Virus record (IMG/VR): IMGVR_UViG_3300046337_000201 | Coordinates: 1-64,000 of that record | DNA: 64,000 bases | Origin: a virus | Reading direction: 5' to 3' (one strand) | Shown here: positions 49,340-57,995 of the stretch, piece by piece | Numbering within the stretch: the stretch's first letter is position 1 | Layout of the letters: each line of letters starts with the position of its first letter | Made by a program: the position numbers and the translations under genes | The notes under the pieces: generated by a model | Told to the model about the DNA's origin: nothing | The model's database searches: none | What the model saw: the letters and a program-made list of their open reading frames with translations, nothing else

Positions 49340-50956
49340 TTATTTTTTATTTCTTTCTTTCCACTTAGCAGTTTGAGCACCAATAATTCTTAATGCAGAT
49401 TCGTGAGCTTCTTTTTTGTTATAAGTTTTACCATAGTCTTTTTGAACTTTTGGAGCTACTTTTTTACGTTCTAATAGGCTTTTTTCAACTGCTTTTACCT
49501 TGTCAGCAAATTTTACTTCGCCACCCATAGCGTAAAATCCTTCTTTTTCATATCTTGACTTTGACATATTACCCATAGAATTGTATTCACCACTTTCCCA
49601 TAGCTTTTTCATTTTCATATCAGCGGCTCTCATAGACTTAAATTCGCCTAATAACTCTCTTTTGTTTCCATCTTTAGAAACCCAAACTATGTATGGAACT
49701 ACTTCGCCACCTCTAGCATATTCATCTATTCTTTTGCCAGTTTCTAGGTCTATTTGAGCTCTTTTGTGTGTTTTTAAATTTTCTACAACTATTTGATTAT
49801 CCCAAAACATATCAGTTGTCACCTTGTCTCCTATTCTTAAACCATGTTCCATCATGCCGCCATGAGCCATTTTAGGAAAAATTCTAAATTGATTTTCAAA
49901 TTTATTTTTGTCAGCTAATAATCTCATACCCGATTCTTTGCCATCTTCATCTAAATAGGAATACTCATATTTTGTATCAGTTATTTTAGTGATTTTAGCC
50001 TCTCCACCTTCAAACATACCTTCATCGCCTACATTTAATTCACCACCTTCTTCAAAAATGCCAAAAAGTTTTCTTTCTTTTGGTCTCTCTTCAAATTCTT
50101 CTTCATCTTTTGTAACTATCTTCTCTCCATCATTAAATAGCATTTTACCTTGACTTTCGCCTATGTATCTAAATTCTTTGCCGCTATTGTCTTTGTACCA
50201 ACGACCCGCAGTCATACCGCCATGAGCATATTTATGCTTAATCAATGCTATCCATAATGCTTGAATACCTCTTGTTTCAAATATTATATCATCATTATCA
50301 TTATCTACTAAAAAGTATAATAATTCTTTGTCAATATTTATTTTAATTAAAGGTTTCATACCTCCAATTGCAGATGTACGATTGAAATATCTATATATCT
50401 TTTCTCCTTCTTTTAATTTAATGTCTTTTACCAAATTTTGGTCATAATCATTTAATTTATATAAATATCCATCAGCCATTTTGCCACTGCTAGTTTTCCA
50501 ACCAAAATTACCTACATAATCTTCTTCGGTATGTTGAACTTTTTGAAGTATGTCTTTTTCTATACTACCACTTGGTCTACTTAACCTCCACTCATCATTT
50601 TGGTCATAAAATTTAACATTTCCACCTTTAGCAAATCTTTCTCCTCTCGATACTCCTTCCCATACTTCTTTTGCAGGTTTTGGAGTAAAATATATATCTC
50701 TTTCAAGTCCTAATCCAAATGGAGGCACTTTAATTGTTTGAAACTCGGAACGACTTACGCTACCCATTTCAGGTTCAAATAAGTCTACTATTGCCCAAAT
50801 ATAATCAGGGTCTTCAGGGTCTGAGTTCAATAAATACCAAACACCATTTGAATATGGATTAAAAATTTTGGCAACAACCATCTGCTTGTCCAAATCAGCT
50901 CCATACTTGTATTGTTCAAACAATTTTTTATCAATCTCTTTTGTAAATAGACGCAT
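49340..50956 (-). CDS. modular protein with N-terminal DUF2958-like domain and repeated [MFY]xxGG motifs
   Basis: KIFNP...WY...EMGSVS...LERD.YF; six GG motifs. Confidence 0.7.
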   Translation of the reverse strand: MRLFTKEIDKKLFEQYKYGADLDKQMVVAKIFNPYSNGVWYLLNSDPEDPDYIWAIVDLFEPEMGSVSRSEFQTIKVPPFGLGLERDIYFTPKPAKEVWEGVSRGERFAKGGNVKFYDQNDEWRLSRPSGSIEKDILQKVQHTEEDYVGNFGWKTSSGKMADGYLYKLNDYDQNLVKDIKLKEGEKIYRYFNRTSAIGGMKPLIKINIDKELLYFLVDNDNDDIIFETRGIQALWIALIKHKYAHGGMTAGRWYKDNSGKEFRYIGESQGKMLFNDGEKIVTKDEEEFEERPKERKLFGIFEEGGELNVGDEGMFEGGEAKITKITDTKYEYSYLDEDGKESGMRLLADKNKFENQFRIFPKMAHGGMMEHGLRIGDKVTTDMFWDNQIVVENLKTHKRAQIDLETGKRIDEYARGGEVVPYIVWVSKDGNKRELLGEFKSMRAADMKMKKLWESGEYNSMGNMSKSRYEKEGFYAMGGEVKFADKVKAVEKSLLERKKVAPKVQKDYGKTYNKKEAHESALRIIGAQTAKWKERNKK

Positions 50957-50962
50957 TTTTTA

Positions 50963-51511
50963 TTAATTTTTATATTCAAATGAATGATTTCTAACTGATT
51001 TTTGTCTCTTTTTTAATACATTAACAATATCACTTTTTGTACATGAAAGATAATTTGAGGCTTCTGATATTGATTTAAACTCCTTAACAAATTCTGAACT
51101 ACCTTTTTTATACATTAAAACCGCCTTTTCATTATTAATTTGTGGTATTTTTAAATTTGCTTTATAAGCATGAATTTGATTTTCAGATTGATTACACCAT
51201 TCTAAATTACTTACGGTATTGTCTGTTTTAATTCCATTTATATGATTTATTTGATTTTTATTTTCAAATACTTCTAAAAATGCAAAACCTACCAAACGAT
51301 GTACTTTAAAAAACTTACCCTTACCTTCTTTATACAAATCTAAAACTAAATAACCATCACTATCTAAACTTGGATTTCTTAATTTTTCAGGCAAAACTCT
51401 ATTGCCACCACGAAAATGTGCTATTAACTTTTCACAGCTTTTCACTCTACCAAGATTACTTACTTGATAGAGTCCTTCATAACCAATAATATCTTTCCAA
51501 ATCTCTGACAT
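50963..51511 (-). mobile_element. NUMOD4-HNH homing endonuclease
   Basis: EIWKDI.GYEGLYQVSNLGRV; HRLV; NHING.K.DN...NLEW. Confidence 0.9.
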
Positions 51512-51514
51512 ATT

Positions 51515-51715
51515 TTATTCTTGTGTTCTGTGAATTTCTCCGCCCATTGCCATTTTCTTAGTTTGATATTCTAAGTAATGAGTAATATCGCTTAAATCGG
51601 TACTTGCTCTTTCAATTTTAGCTACTACCCAAGCTTCAATATCACTTTTAGTAGATACGATATGAGATAATTCATCAGCATGATGCTTAACTGCTTTAAT
51701 TTGACTTAAAACCAT
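51515..51715 (-). CDS. helical domain ending in MAMGG; possibly frameshift continuation of 51733..52665
   Basis: Its frame stays open upstream into the end of 51733..52665. Confidence 0.6.
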   Translation of the reverse strand: MVLSQIKAVKHHADELSHIVSTKSDIEAWVVAKIERASTDLSDITHYLEYQTKKMAMGGEIHRTQE

Positions 51716-51732
51716 TTCACTATTGCTTTCTA

Positions 51733-52665
51733 CTACTTCTTTTTCAGATACACCCCACCATCAGCCATTTTTTGTTCTTTTACACTATCCCATTTTTTAA
51801 TTAATTTCAAATGTAAGTCTCTTCTTTTTTTACCATTTTCAGAAGATAAGTGACCTTCTTTTTCATGTAATTCTAAAATTCTTTTAGCTTCTTTTAAATC
51901 TGCTTCATTACCGAAATGTTTTGCCAAAAGAACAACATTTTCAGAATGATAGTTATTATCTTCATTATCTAAATATTCTTTTTCAATCTCTTCTAATTCA
52001 TCTTTAGTCATTCCACCTTTAGCCATTTTATTAGAAAATTTCCAAAACTTTAATTCTCCCTCTCCCAACACTCTTTCTCCTCTATTGTTTCTTATTTCCC
52101 AAATATGAGGATTTTTATTGTATAAAGATTTTACTACATAAACACCATAATCCGCTTCTTTTGATTCAATTCTATCTCCAATTTTTATATTATCCTTTGT
52201 AATTTCTCCACCATCACCCATGTAGCCACCATGCTCTAATTTAGGGTATTTTTGAGCCTTTTTTGGTTGTTTTACATCAACACGATTTGCTCTATATTCA
52301 TAATAAACATGACCTTTTGAACTCTTTTTATCGCTAAATTGGTTTCCTTTTAATCCTTTTGATACTCTACGACCAACGTGCAATGCTCCCTCTTCTGCAT
52401 CCTTTTTCAAGTCTACACCCGCACCCTTATATATACCATATTTCTTTTTAGCAACTAATGCTTGAAGCTTAGATAATGTAGTAGCAGTACCTTTTGTAGT
52501 ACTTACTTTACGAGGTTTAGCTCCTCCTTTCATTGATTCAAGCTCATTTTGAGCCTTTTCTAATTGAGCTTTTAGTTTAGATTTAATAGTAGCATTCAAT
52601 CCTTTACTAGTCAAAGCCCCCTTTAATTTTTTAATATCACTCTTTAATTTTATTATAGTAGCCAT
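51733..52665 (-). CDS. basic modular protein with [ML]xxGG motifs
   Basis: LEHGG, MGDGG, MAKGG, MADGG. Confidence 0.7.
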   Translation of the reverse strand: MATIIKLKSDIKKLKGALTSKGLNATIKSKLKAQLEKAQNELESMKGGAKPRKVSTTKGTATTLSKLQALVAKKKYGIYKGAGVDLKKDAEEGALHVGRRVSKGLKGNQFSDKKSSKGHVYYEYRANRVDVKQPKKAQKYPKLEHGGYMGDGGEITKDNIKIGDRIESKEADYGVYVVKSLYNKNPHIWEIRNNRGERVLGEGELKFWKFSNKMAKGGMTKDELEEIEKEYLDNEDNNYHSENVVLLAKHFGNEADLKEAKRILELHEKEGHLSSENGKKRRDLHLKLIKKWDSVKEQKMADGGVYLKKK

Positions 52666-52689
52666 GTTATTTTGTTTATATGTTTAAAA

Positions 52690-53520
52690 TTACGAATTTT
52701 TTAGTTTTAATGCTTGTAATTCCTTCTTCTTTTTTTCCAATTCATCTTTTACCTCATCGTCAAACTCGGCTAATACTTCTAATCCATCTATTTCCTTTTG
52801 TAATCTCTTTATTTCTTTATCCTCTTTAGATATGGTTTTCTTAGGTAATTTTGCAATAAAACCACTATTTGAAGCTTGTACTACATTAATAGATTTTTTA
52901 GGAATGTATTTATTATAATAGTTACTTCTAACCCCATCTAGGAATTTTTCTTTTTCCATTGTAACCTTCAATCCATCGCTTATGTACTCAACGAGTAAGG
53001 TTTCAGTAGATATACTTTTAATTTCAAATACTAAATCAGTTCCATTTACTATAAATTGCTCTCCTACTTCAAATGGAAAAATAACTTTCTCTTCTTTTAT
53101 TTCATCCAATACTTTTACCCATTGACCACCATTAAAATAATCTTTTGCGTTTTCTATCTTTTCATTATATGATTTGTCAATTTTATCTACATTGGAATAC
53201 CAAGATATTTTTGCCTCTCCCTTATCCAAATTAATATCAGATATGGTATATATATTATTTTTTGAACTTTTATCTAATGGTACTATAAATTTAGTGCCTT
53301 CTTCAAATGGTAAATTGCTTTCTACAACTTGTTCAACTATTGGCTTTTCAACAATTTTAGTTTTCTCAGCAGTACCAAATCTTTTAGAAAGGAAATCCAA
53401 CGCAGATATAGTAGCATCAAACAACGCAGGATTTTCAGTTGAAATATTATTTAACTCACTATCATTTGATACGACAAAATTATCAATCAAATCTTGTGCT
53501 TGTTCTTTATTTAAAGGCAT
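52690..53520 (-). CDS. hypothetical protein with duplicated small beta-barrel domains
   Basis: PFEEGTKFIV / PFEVGEQFIV. Confidence 0.65.
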   Translation of the reverse strand: MPLNKEQAQDLIDNFVVSNDSELNNISTENPALFDATISALDFLSKRFGTAEKTKIVEKPIVEQVVESNLPFEEGTKFIVPLDKSSKNNIYTISDINLDKGEAKISWYSNVDKIDKSYNEKIENAKDYFNGGQWVKVLDEIKEEKVIFPFEVGEQFIVNGTDLVFEIKSISTETLLVEYISDGLKVTMEKEKFLDGVRSNYYNKYIPKKSINVVQASNSGFIAKLPKKTISKEDKEIKRLQKEIDGLEVLAEFDDEVKDELEKKKKELQALKLKNS

Positions 53521-53521
53521 A

Positions 53522-53860
53522 TTAATCTATTTTATCATATTGTGTTTCATCATCTATATTTAATGGCAATGATTCGCTTAAAAAAGATGCTCTTTCAAAA
53601 ATATCTTTAAACTTATGGTCAATAAAGTTAATTTGTGCATCTTGACCAATAGTTGCTATTCTAAATTCGTAGTCTCTTTCCCCCGCTAATACTGACTCTT
53701 TCTCGTATTTAATAACGATGGTATTAGGTAATCCTTGATTTTGCATGATAGTAACATTAGATATTGAACCATACCTTTTATCTACAAAATCCTTTAGGTT
53801 CTTTAATAATGTCATTGCAGCCATCAATTGTTTTGTGGTTATTTGTGGTTTTACTCTCAT
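53522..53860 (-). CDS. hypothetical protein
   Basis: 112-aa ORF. Confidence 0.65.
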   Translation of the reverse strand: MRVKPQITTKQLMAAMTLLKNLKDFVDKRYGSISNVTIMQNQGLPNTIVIKYEKESVLAGERDYEFRIATIGQDAQINFIDHKFKDIFERASFLSESLPLNIDDETQYDKID

Positions 53861-53861
53861 A

Positions 53862-55493
53862 TTAAAAGTTTTGTAATTCGTTTAAGACATTTTTCAGTAG
53901 TTCGTTTCTAACTTCTTGTCTATCCTCTTCAGTTTCGAAGAATATTCCCTCAGCATAGGTTGTAATCTCCAAAGTGATGTTGGTGATATACTTTTTAAAA
54001 GTAAATCTACCTTGTTTATCTATTATAGAATATCCAAATTCATTTAAGCTTTCATCGGTTCCTTGCAAAATTTTTGCTCCTAACTCTTTGAAAAAAACAC
54101 CTAATGTCTGCCCTTGATAAATCAAATTTACATCTGCTTTAGATACAATGTCATCTAATTCCAATACAAAATTGTATACTTCATTGCTAATAGCTGACAA
54201 ATCCTTTCTTAGCTCATTGGAGTTTACAATATCAATTTTATTCTTTAAGATAGTTGCACTTAGTCTCATCCACCAATTAAAAAATGGATTTATATTTATA
54301 TCAATAAGCACATCTGCATCATTATATTTATTTCTTATATAATTTTTTACCCCATATAAAAAAGAATCAAGTCTATTCTTGATAACCATATCATGAAAAA
54401 ACAACATAGCTTCAGGTAATACCTCTTTACTCTTAAAAAGACCTAATTTAACGTACTCTTGATATTTATTTCTATACCTCTCAATTCCCTCAAAATATTC
54501 ATTTTGGCTAAAATTTGGTTGACCATAAATATCTTCTTTTTCAATAAAAGATGCAGTAACTTCTTTTTCAACAGCCCACATTGCTAAATATTCATATACT
54601 TTCCTAAAACTATCTGAAGAAATCATAAAACCTAATGACTTATCAAATTCTTGACCAAAATCTTTAGCTATGATAGGTTGTATTAATAAGCTATTTTTAA
54701 AATTTTTATCCTTAGCCACTTTGTACATTGGCAATTCTACTCCATTTGGTGTATTTTGTTTTAATGTCCATTTGGTATTCAACTTAACAAATCTAGTCAT
54801 GTAGATTCTAGTCATTACCCCTATTGATTCAAGATAATCTGCAACCATCATCGCAGGTATGTGTCTAATAGCGAATTGAGTGTCACCACTTAAACTAGTA
54901 AAATAGAATAAGCTATATATTTCCACATACTTTACCTTACCCTTGTTTCTTTTGTGTGTTAAATACACTTTTCTGTTTCTAGTTGCATATTTTAACTTAG
55001 CCCCTTTTACTCCATCTTCAATTGCAGTTTCTCCTTTTTGTCTAATAACGCAATCAAAAATACCATTATCATCTTCGTAAATGTATATTTTCTCCCCATT
55101 ATCAACCTTTTGAACCACCAAATTAGGTGGCACTACTCCACTAGGAAGCTCAAAGTCTTTAAATTTATCGGGATATTCATTTGCCAATTTTTGAGAAAAA
55201 TACTCAGGAACTTTATACATACCCATAGAAGCCAATGAGAAATCAAATATTCCCATAGGTTTATCGGTAGCAACTAATTTGCTTTTTTCGGTTTTACCAC
55301 CTAAATTCAATTTGAATGGTGCTGAATCAAATAGTAAATTTATTTTACTAAATGAGTTATCATTATAATCGTTTAAATATTGTTGAAGATTGAAAAAAGA
55401 AGATTGCTCTTTTATAGAACTATAAAATTGCTCCCAATCGTCAATAGCCCAACATAATATAGGATAACCTTCAAATCTGTTTTGAAAAGCCAT
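53862..55493 (-). CDS. large hypothetical protein, probable partner of the AAA+ ATPase
   Basis: 543 aa, translationally coupled to the AAA gene; no clear MIDAS motif. Confidence 0.55.
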   Translation of the reverse strand: MAFQNRFEGYPILCWAIDDWEQFYSSIKEQSSFFNLQQYLNDYNDNSFSKINLLFDSAPFKLNLGGKTEKSKLVATDKPMGIFDFSLASMGMYKVPEYFSQKLANEYPDKFKDFELPSGVVPPNLVVQKVDNGEKIYIYEDDNGIFDCVIRQKGETAIEDGVKGAKLKYATRNRKVYLTHKRNKGKVKYVEIYSLFYFTSLSGDTQFAIRHIPAMMVADYLESIGVMTRIYMTRFVKLNTKWTLKQNTPNGVELPMYKVAKDKNFKNSLLIQPIIAKDFGQEFDKSLGFMISSDSFRKVYEYLAMWAVEKEVTASFIEKEDIYGQPNFSQNEYFEGIERYRNKYQEYVKLGLFKSKEVLPEAMLFFHDMVIKNRLDSFLYGVKNYIRNKYNDADVLIDININPFFNWWMRLSATILKNKIDIVNSNELRKDLSAISNEVYNFVLELDDIVSKADVNLIYQGQTLGVFFKELGAKILQGTDESLNEFGYSIIDKQGRFTFKKYITNITLEITTYAEGIFFETEEDRQEVRNELLKNVLNELQNF

Positions 55494-56887
55494 TATATAG
55501 TTTTTTGAGTTGCTTTATAATCCGATATTACCTTTTGTACTTCCATCAATTCGGCATCAGTGTCAAAATTAGGAGCACTTGAGTTATATGGCATTTTATT
55601 CTTTTCTTCAACTATCGCTTTAAATCTAGGGAAATCAACATCATTCAAAATAGCTTCTTTTGTTGCTGGTTTAAACAATCCAAAGAAATTTTCCATTGAT
55701 TCAACAATAGTTTTAGGATTAGTTATCGCATCATTACTAATTTTACCTCTTTGTTGTGCTACGTTATCTACAACTTCACGATATGCTACATATGTAGATT
55801 TAACATTACCCATTAAACGTAATGACACAAAAGCTTGTCCACTTGCTCTATTTTTCTCAATAGATTGTCTAACCTTAACTAAGAATAACCAAATGAATGA
55901 GAATCCTTTCATGATTGTTTCAGCTTCAAATTGATAATCCACAAATACTCTATATGTAGAACCAATGAATCTATCTTGTAAAGACAAATCTTGCTTAAAG
56001 TTAGCCTCGTAATCAGGGTCAATTGTGTTTAATGGTACGTTACCCGTTGCTATAACATACAAGTTACCTAATTCTAAAACCTTGTTTTTACCATTTCTAA
56101 TGGTAGGAGGTTTTGCAATACCCGTTGCAGGGTCTACTTTATAATCTTTTACTTTAGCTAAAGCTTCATTTAGAATACCCGCAGTGTTTGGGTCAATTTT
56201 AGGTAACTCATCCAATATAAGTACGCAACCATCTACTTTTTTCTCTGAACCATCTGCATTTACAATAACATTTGACCAAGCCATTGATAATTTACCTTCT
56301 TGGTAGCCATCAATAGTTTGACCTCCTAAAATATCCAATGGAGAAGTAAATTGGTTACAATTCAATGTTATTTTCTCCCATCCAAGCATATCTGCAATTT
56401 CTTCTGCAAGGTAGGTTTTACCAGTACCTGCACCGCCATACAAATAACTATTGTTTCTAGCTATAATATCACTCAAAATCAATTGAGTCAAAGGTCTAGC
56501 CAATGTTTTAGGACTAACATCCTTAGTTGTTTGAATACCTAATAGTTTACCAATTGTAAGCTTAACATTTCTTGTTGAATTTAACAAAGCAATTAATGAA
56601 GGGCTTAAATCACTTTCGGTAATTTTTCTTTTAGAAAGTTCTTCATTTACCGCTTTTCGTACTTCACTCATGCTTACGTTGGCACCCCCACTTTTCAAGG
56701 CACTTTGTAAAGCATTAAGCACTGCCATTAATTCGGCATCGCCTTCACCACTTATTGCAGCAGTTTGTACTTGTGCACTACCCACTGATTGAAGTCTAGC
56801 TAAGTTTTTTTGTGCTAATTCTCTATTAGCATCAGTAGTGTTAGGGTCGTTTATTATTCCTTCTAAAAGTTCAATTTGAGTTGCCAT
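55493..56887 (-). CDS. MoxR/CbbQ/CobS-type AAA+ ATPase
   Basis: GGAGTGKT, LILDE, IATGN, LQDRF. Confidence 0.85.
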   Translation of the reverse strand: MATQIELLEGIINDPNTTDANRELAQKNLARLQSVGSAQVQTAAISGEGDAELMAVLNALQSALKSGGANVSMSEVRKAVNEELSKRKITESDLSPSLIALLNSTRNVKLTIGKLLGIQTTKDVSPKTLARPLTQLILSDIIARNNSYLYGGAGTGKTYLAEEIADMLGWEKITLNCNQFTSPLDILGGQTIDGYQEGKLSMAWSNVIVNADGSEKKVDGCVLILDELPKIDPNTAGILNEALAKVKDYKVDPATGIAKPPTIRNGKNKVLELGNLYVIATGNVPLNTIDPDYEANFKQDLSLQDRFIGSTYRVFVDYQFEAETIMKGFSFIWLFLVKVRQSIEKNRASGQAFVSLRLMGNVKSTYVAYREVVDNVAQQRGKISNDAITNPKTIVESMENFFGLFKPATKEAILNDVDFPRFKAIVEEKNKMPYNSSAPNFDTDAELMEVQKVISDYKATQKTI

Positions 56888-56888
56888 A

Positions 56889-57992
56889 TTATTTTTTTGA
56901 ATTTATTATTTGTCGACTTAGTTCTCTAGCGGTAATGTTTGTTGGTAGATTTAAGTCTTTTTTTATTTTTGTAAAATTATTTGATAATAACCATAATTCC
57001 CCACTTTCTTCATTCCTAAAGATACTTAGTAACTCACTAGGGTTATATTCCCCATCGGTAGATTTAGAAATTTCTTGAATAGTACTAGAAAATTCCATTT
57101 TTTCTAGTTGGCTAGAAGCTTTAGTTTCTCCCTCGCTAGGTTCTCCTTTATCTTCACTTGGTTTATCACTTGGCTTACCTTCTCCCTCTCCTTCGCCTTC
57201 CTCACCCTCTCCTTCTCCTTGACCTTGACCTTCTCCCTCTCCTTCTCCTTCCTCACCTTCACCTTCACCTTCTCCCTCTCCTTCCTCGCCTTTTTCACCT
57301 TTCTCTCCTTTTTCACCTTTCTCACCTTTCTCACCTTTTTCACCTTTTTCTCCTTCTTCGCCTTCACCTTTTTCACTCTCTTGACCTTTTTCAGTGTTAC
57401 CACCTTCTTCTCCACCTTGATTAGTGATTGATTTAGGTATAAATAAGAATACTTTTTTACTTGGCTCCTCTTCGAAAGTTACATCTTCATATCTTTTTAA
57501 TAATACTTCACATTTTAATAGTTGTGGAATATCTTCGCCACTCCAATCTATTGTAAATACGTTATCAGGTAATGGTTGAGGCATTGTGTCCATGCTTACT
57601 TCAAAATCAAAAATCTTTACTTGGCTCTTATCATCCATAACTACAAATAGACTAATGGTTCTAAATCCATTTTGTTTTGCACTCCCAATAGCCAATAATG
57701 GCAATATATTAGGATTTTGTTGTGGATTATTACCTAAGTTACCTCCACCACTAGACCCTTGCTCTCCACTACAAACACTTAATAAGTTTTCAAAATAGTT
57801 CCATGCTTCTAAAGAATCATTAGTTTTTAGCTCATTTTGTCTATCATCTATACTTCCACTAAATACTTTAATGTTTCTATTTTTATTTTGACCAATAAGC
57901 TCAAGGTAAAAGTCAGTATCATTACAATTATAGGAATATCTAACAATATCCCCATCCATAGTTTTCTTAAAATTATCTCTATTTAGTTTCAT
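56889..57992 (-). CDS. protein with Gly/Glu/Lys low-complexity tract
   Basis: (GEK)n and (GE)n runs. Confidence 0.7.
   Translation of the reverse strand: MKLNRDNFKKTMDGDIVRYSYNCNDTDFYLELIGQNKNRNIKVFSGSIDDRQNELKTNDSLEAWNYFENLLSVCSGEQGSSGGGNLGNNPQQNPNILPLLAIGSAKQNGFRTISLFVVMDDKSQVKIFDFEVSMDTMPQPLPDNVFTIDWSGEDIPQLLKCEVLLKRYEDVTFEEEPSKKVFLFIPKSITNQGGEEGGNTEKGQESEKGEGEEGEKGEKGEKGEKGEKGEKGEKGEEGEGEGEGEGEEGEGEGEGQGQGEGEGEEGEGEGEGKPSDKPSEDKGEPSEGETKASSQLEKMEFSSTIQEISKSTDGEYNPSELLSIFRNEESGELWLLSNNFTKIKKDLNLPTNITARELSRQIINSKK
57180..57420. repeat. low-complexity GEK/GE coding repeat
   Basis: C/T-rich 6-9-bp units on the + strand; boundaries approximate. Confidence 0.8.
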
Positions 57993-57995
57993 ATT

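Noticed and set aside
57104-57431. Alternative-frame ORFs (K/V/R-rich, F/S/L-rich, L/H-rich) and a collagen call
   Set aside because: Products of the low-complexity GE/GEK tract; the G-X-Y run is only about 7-8 triplets and lacks Pro
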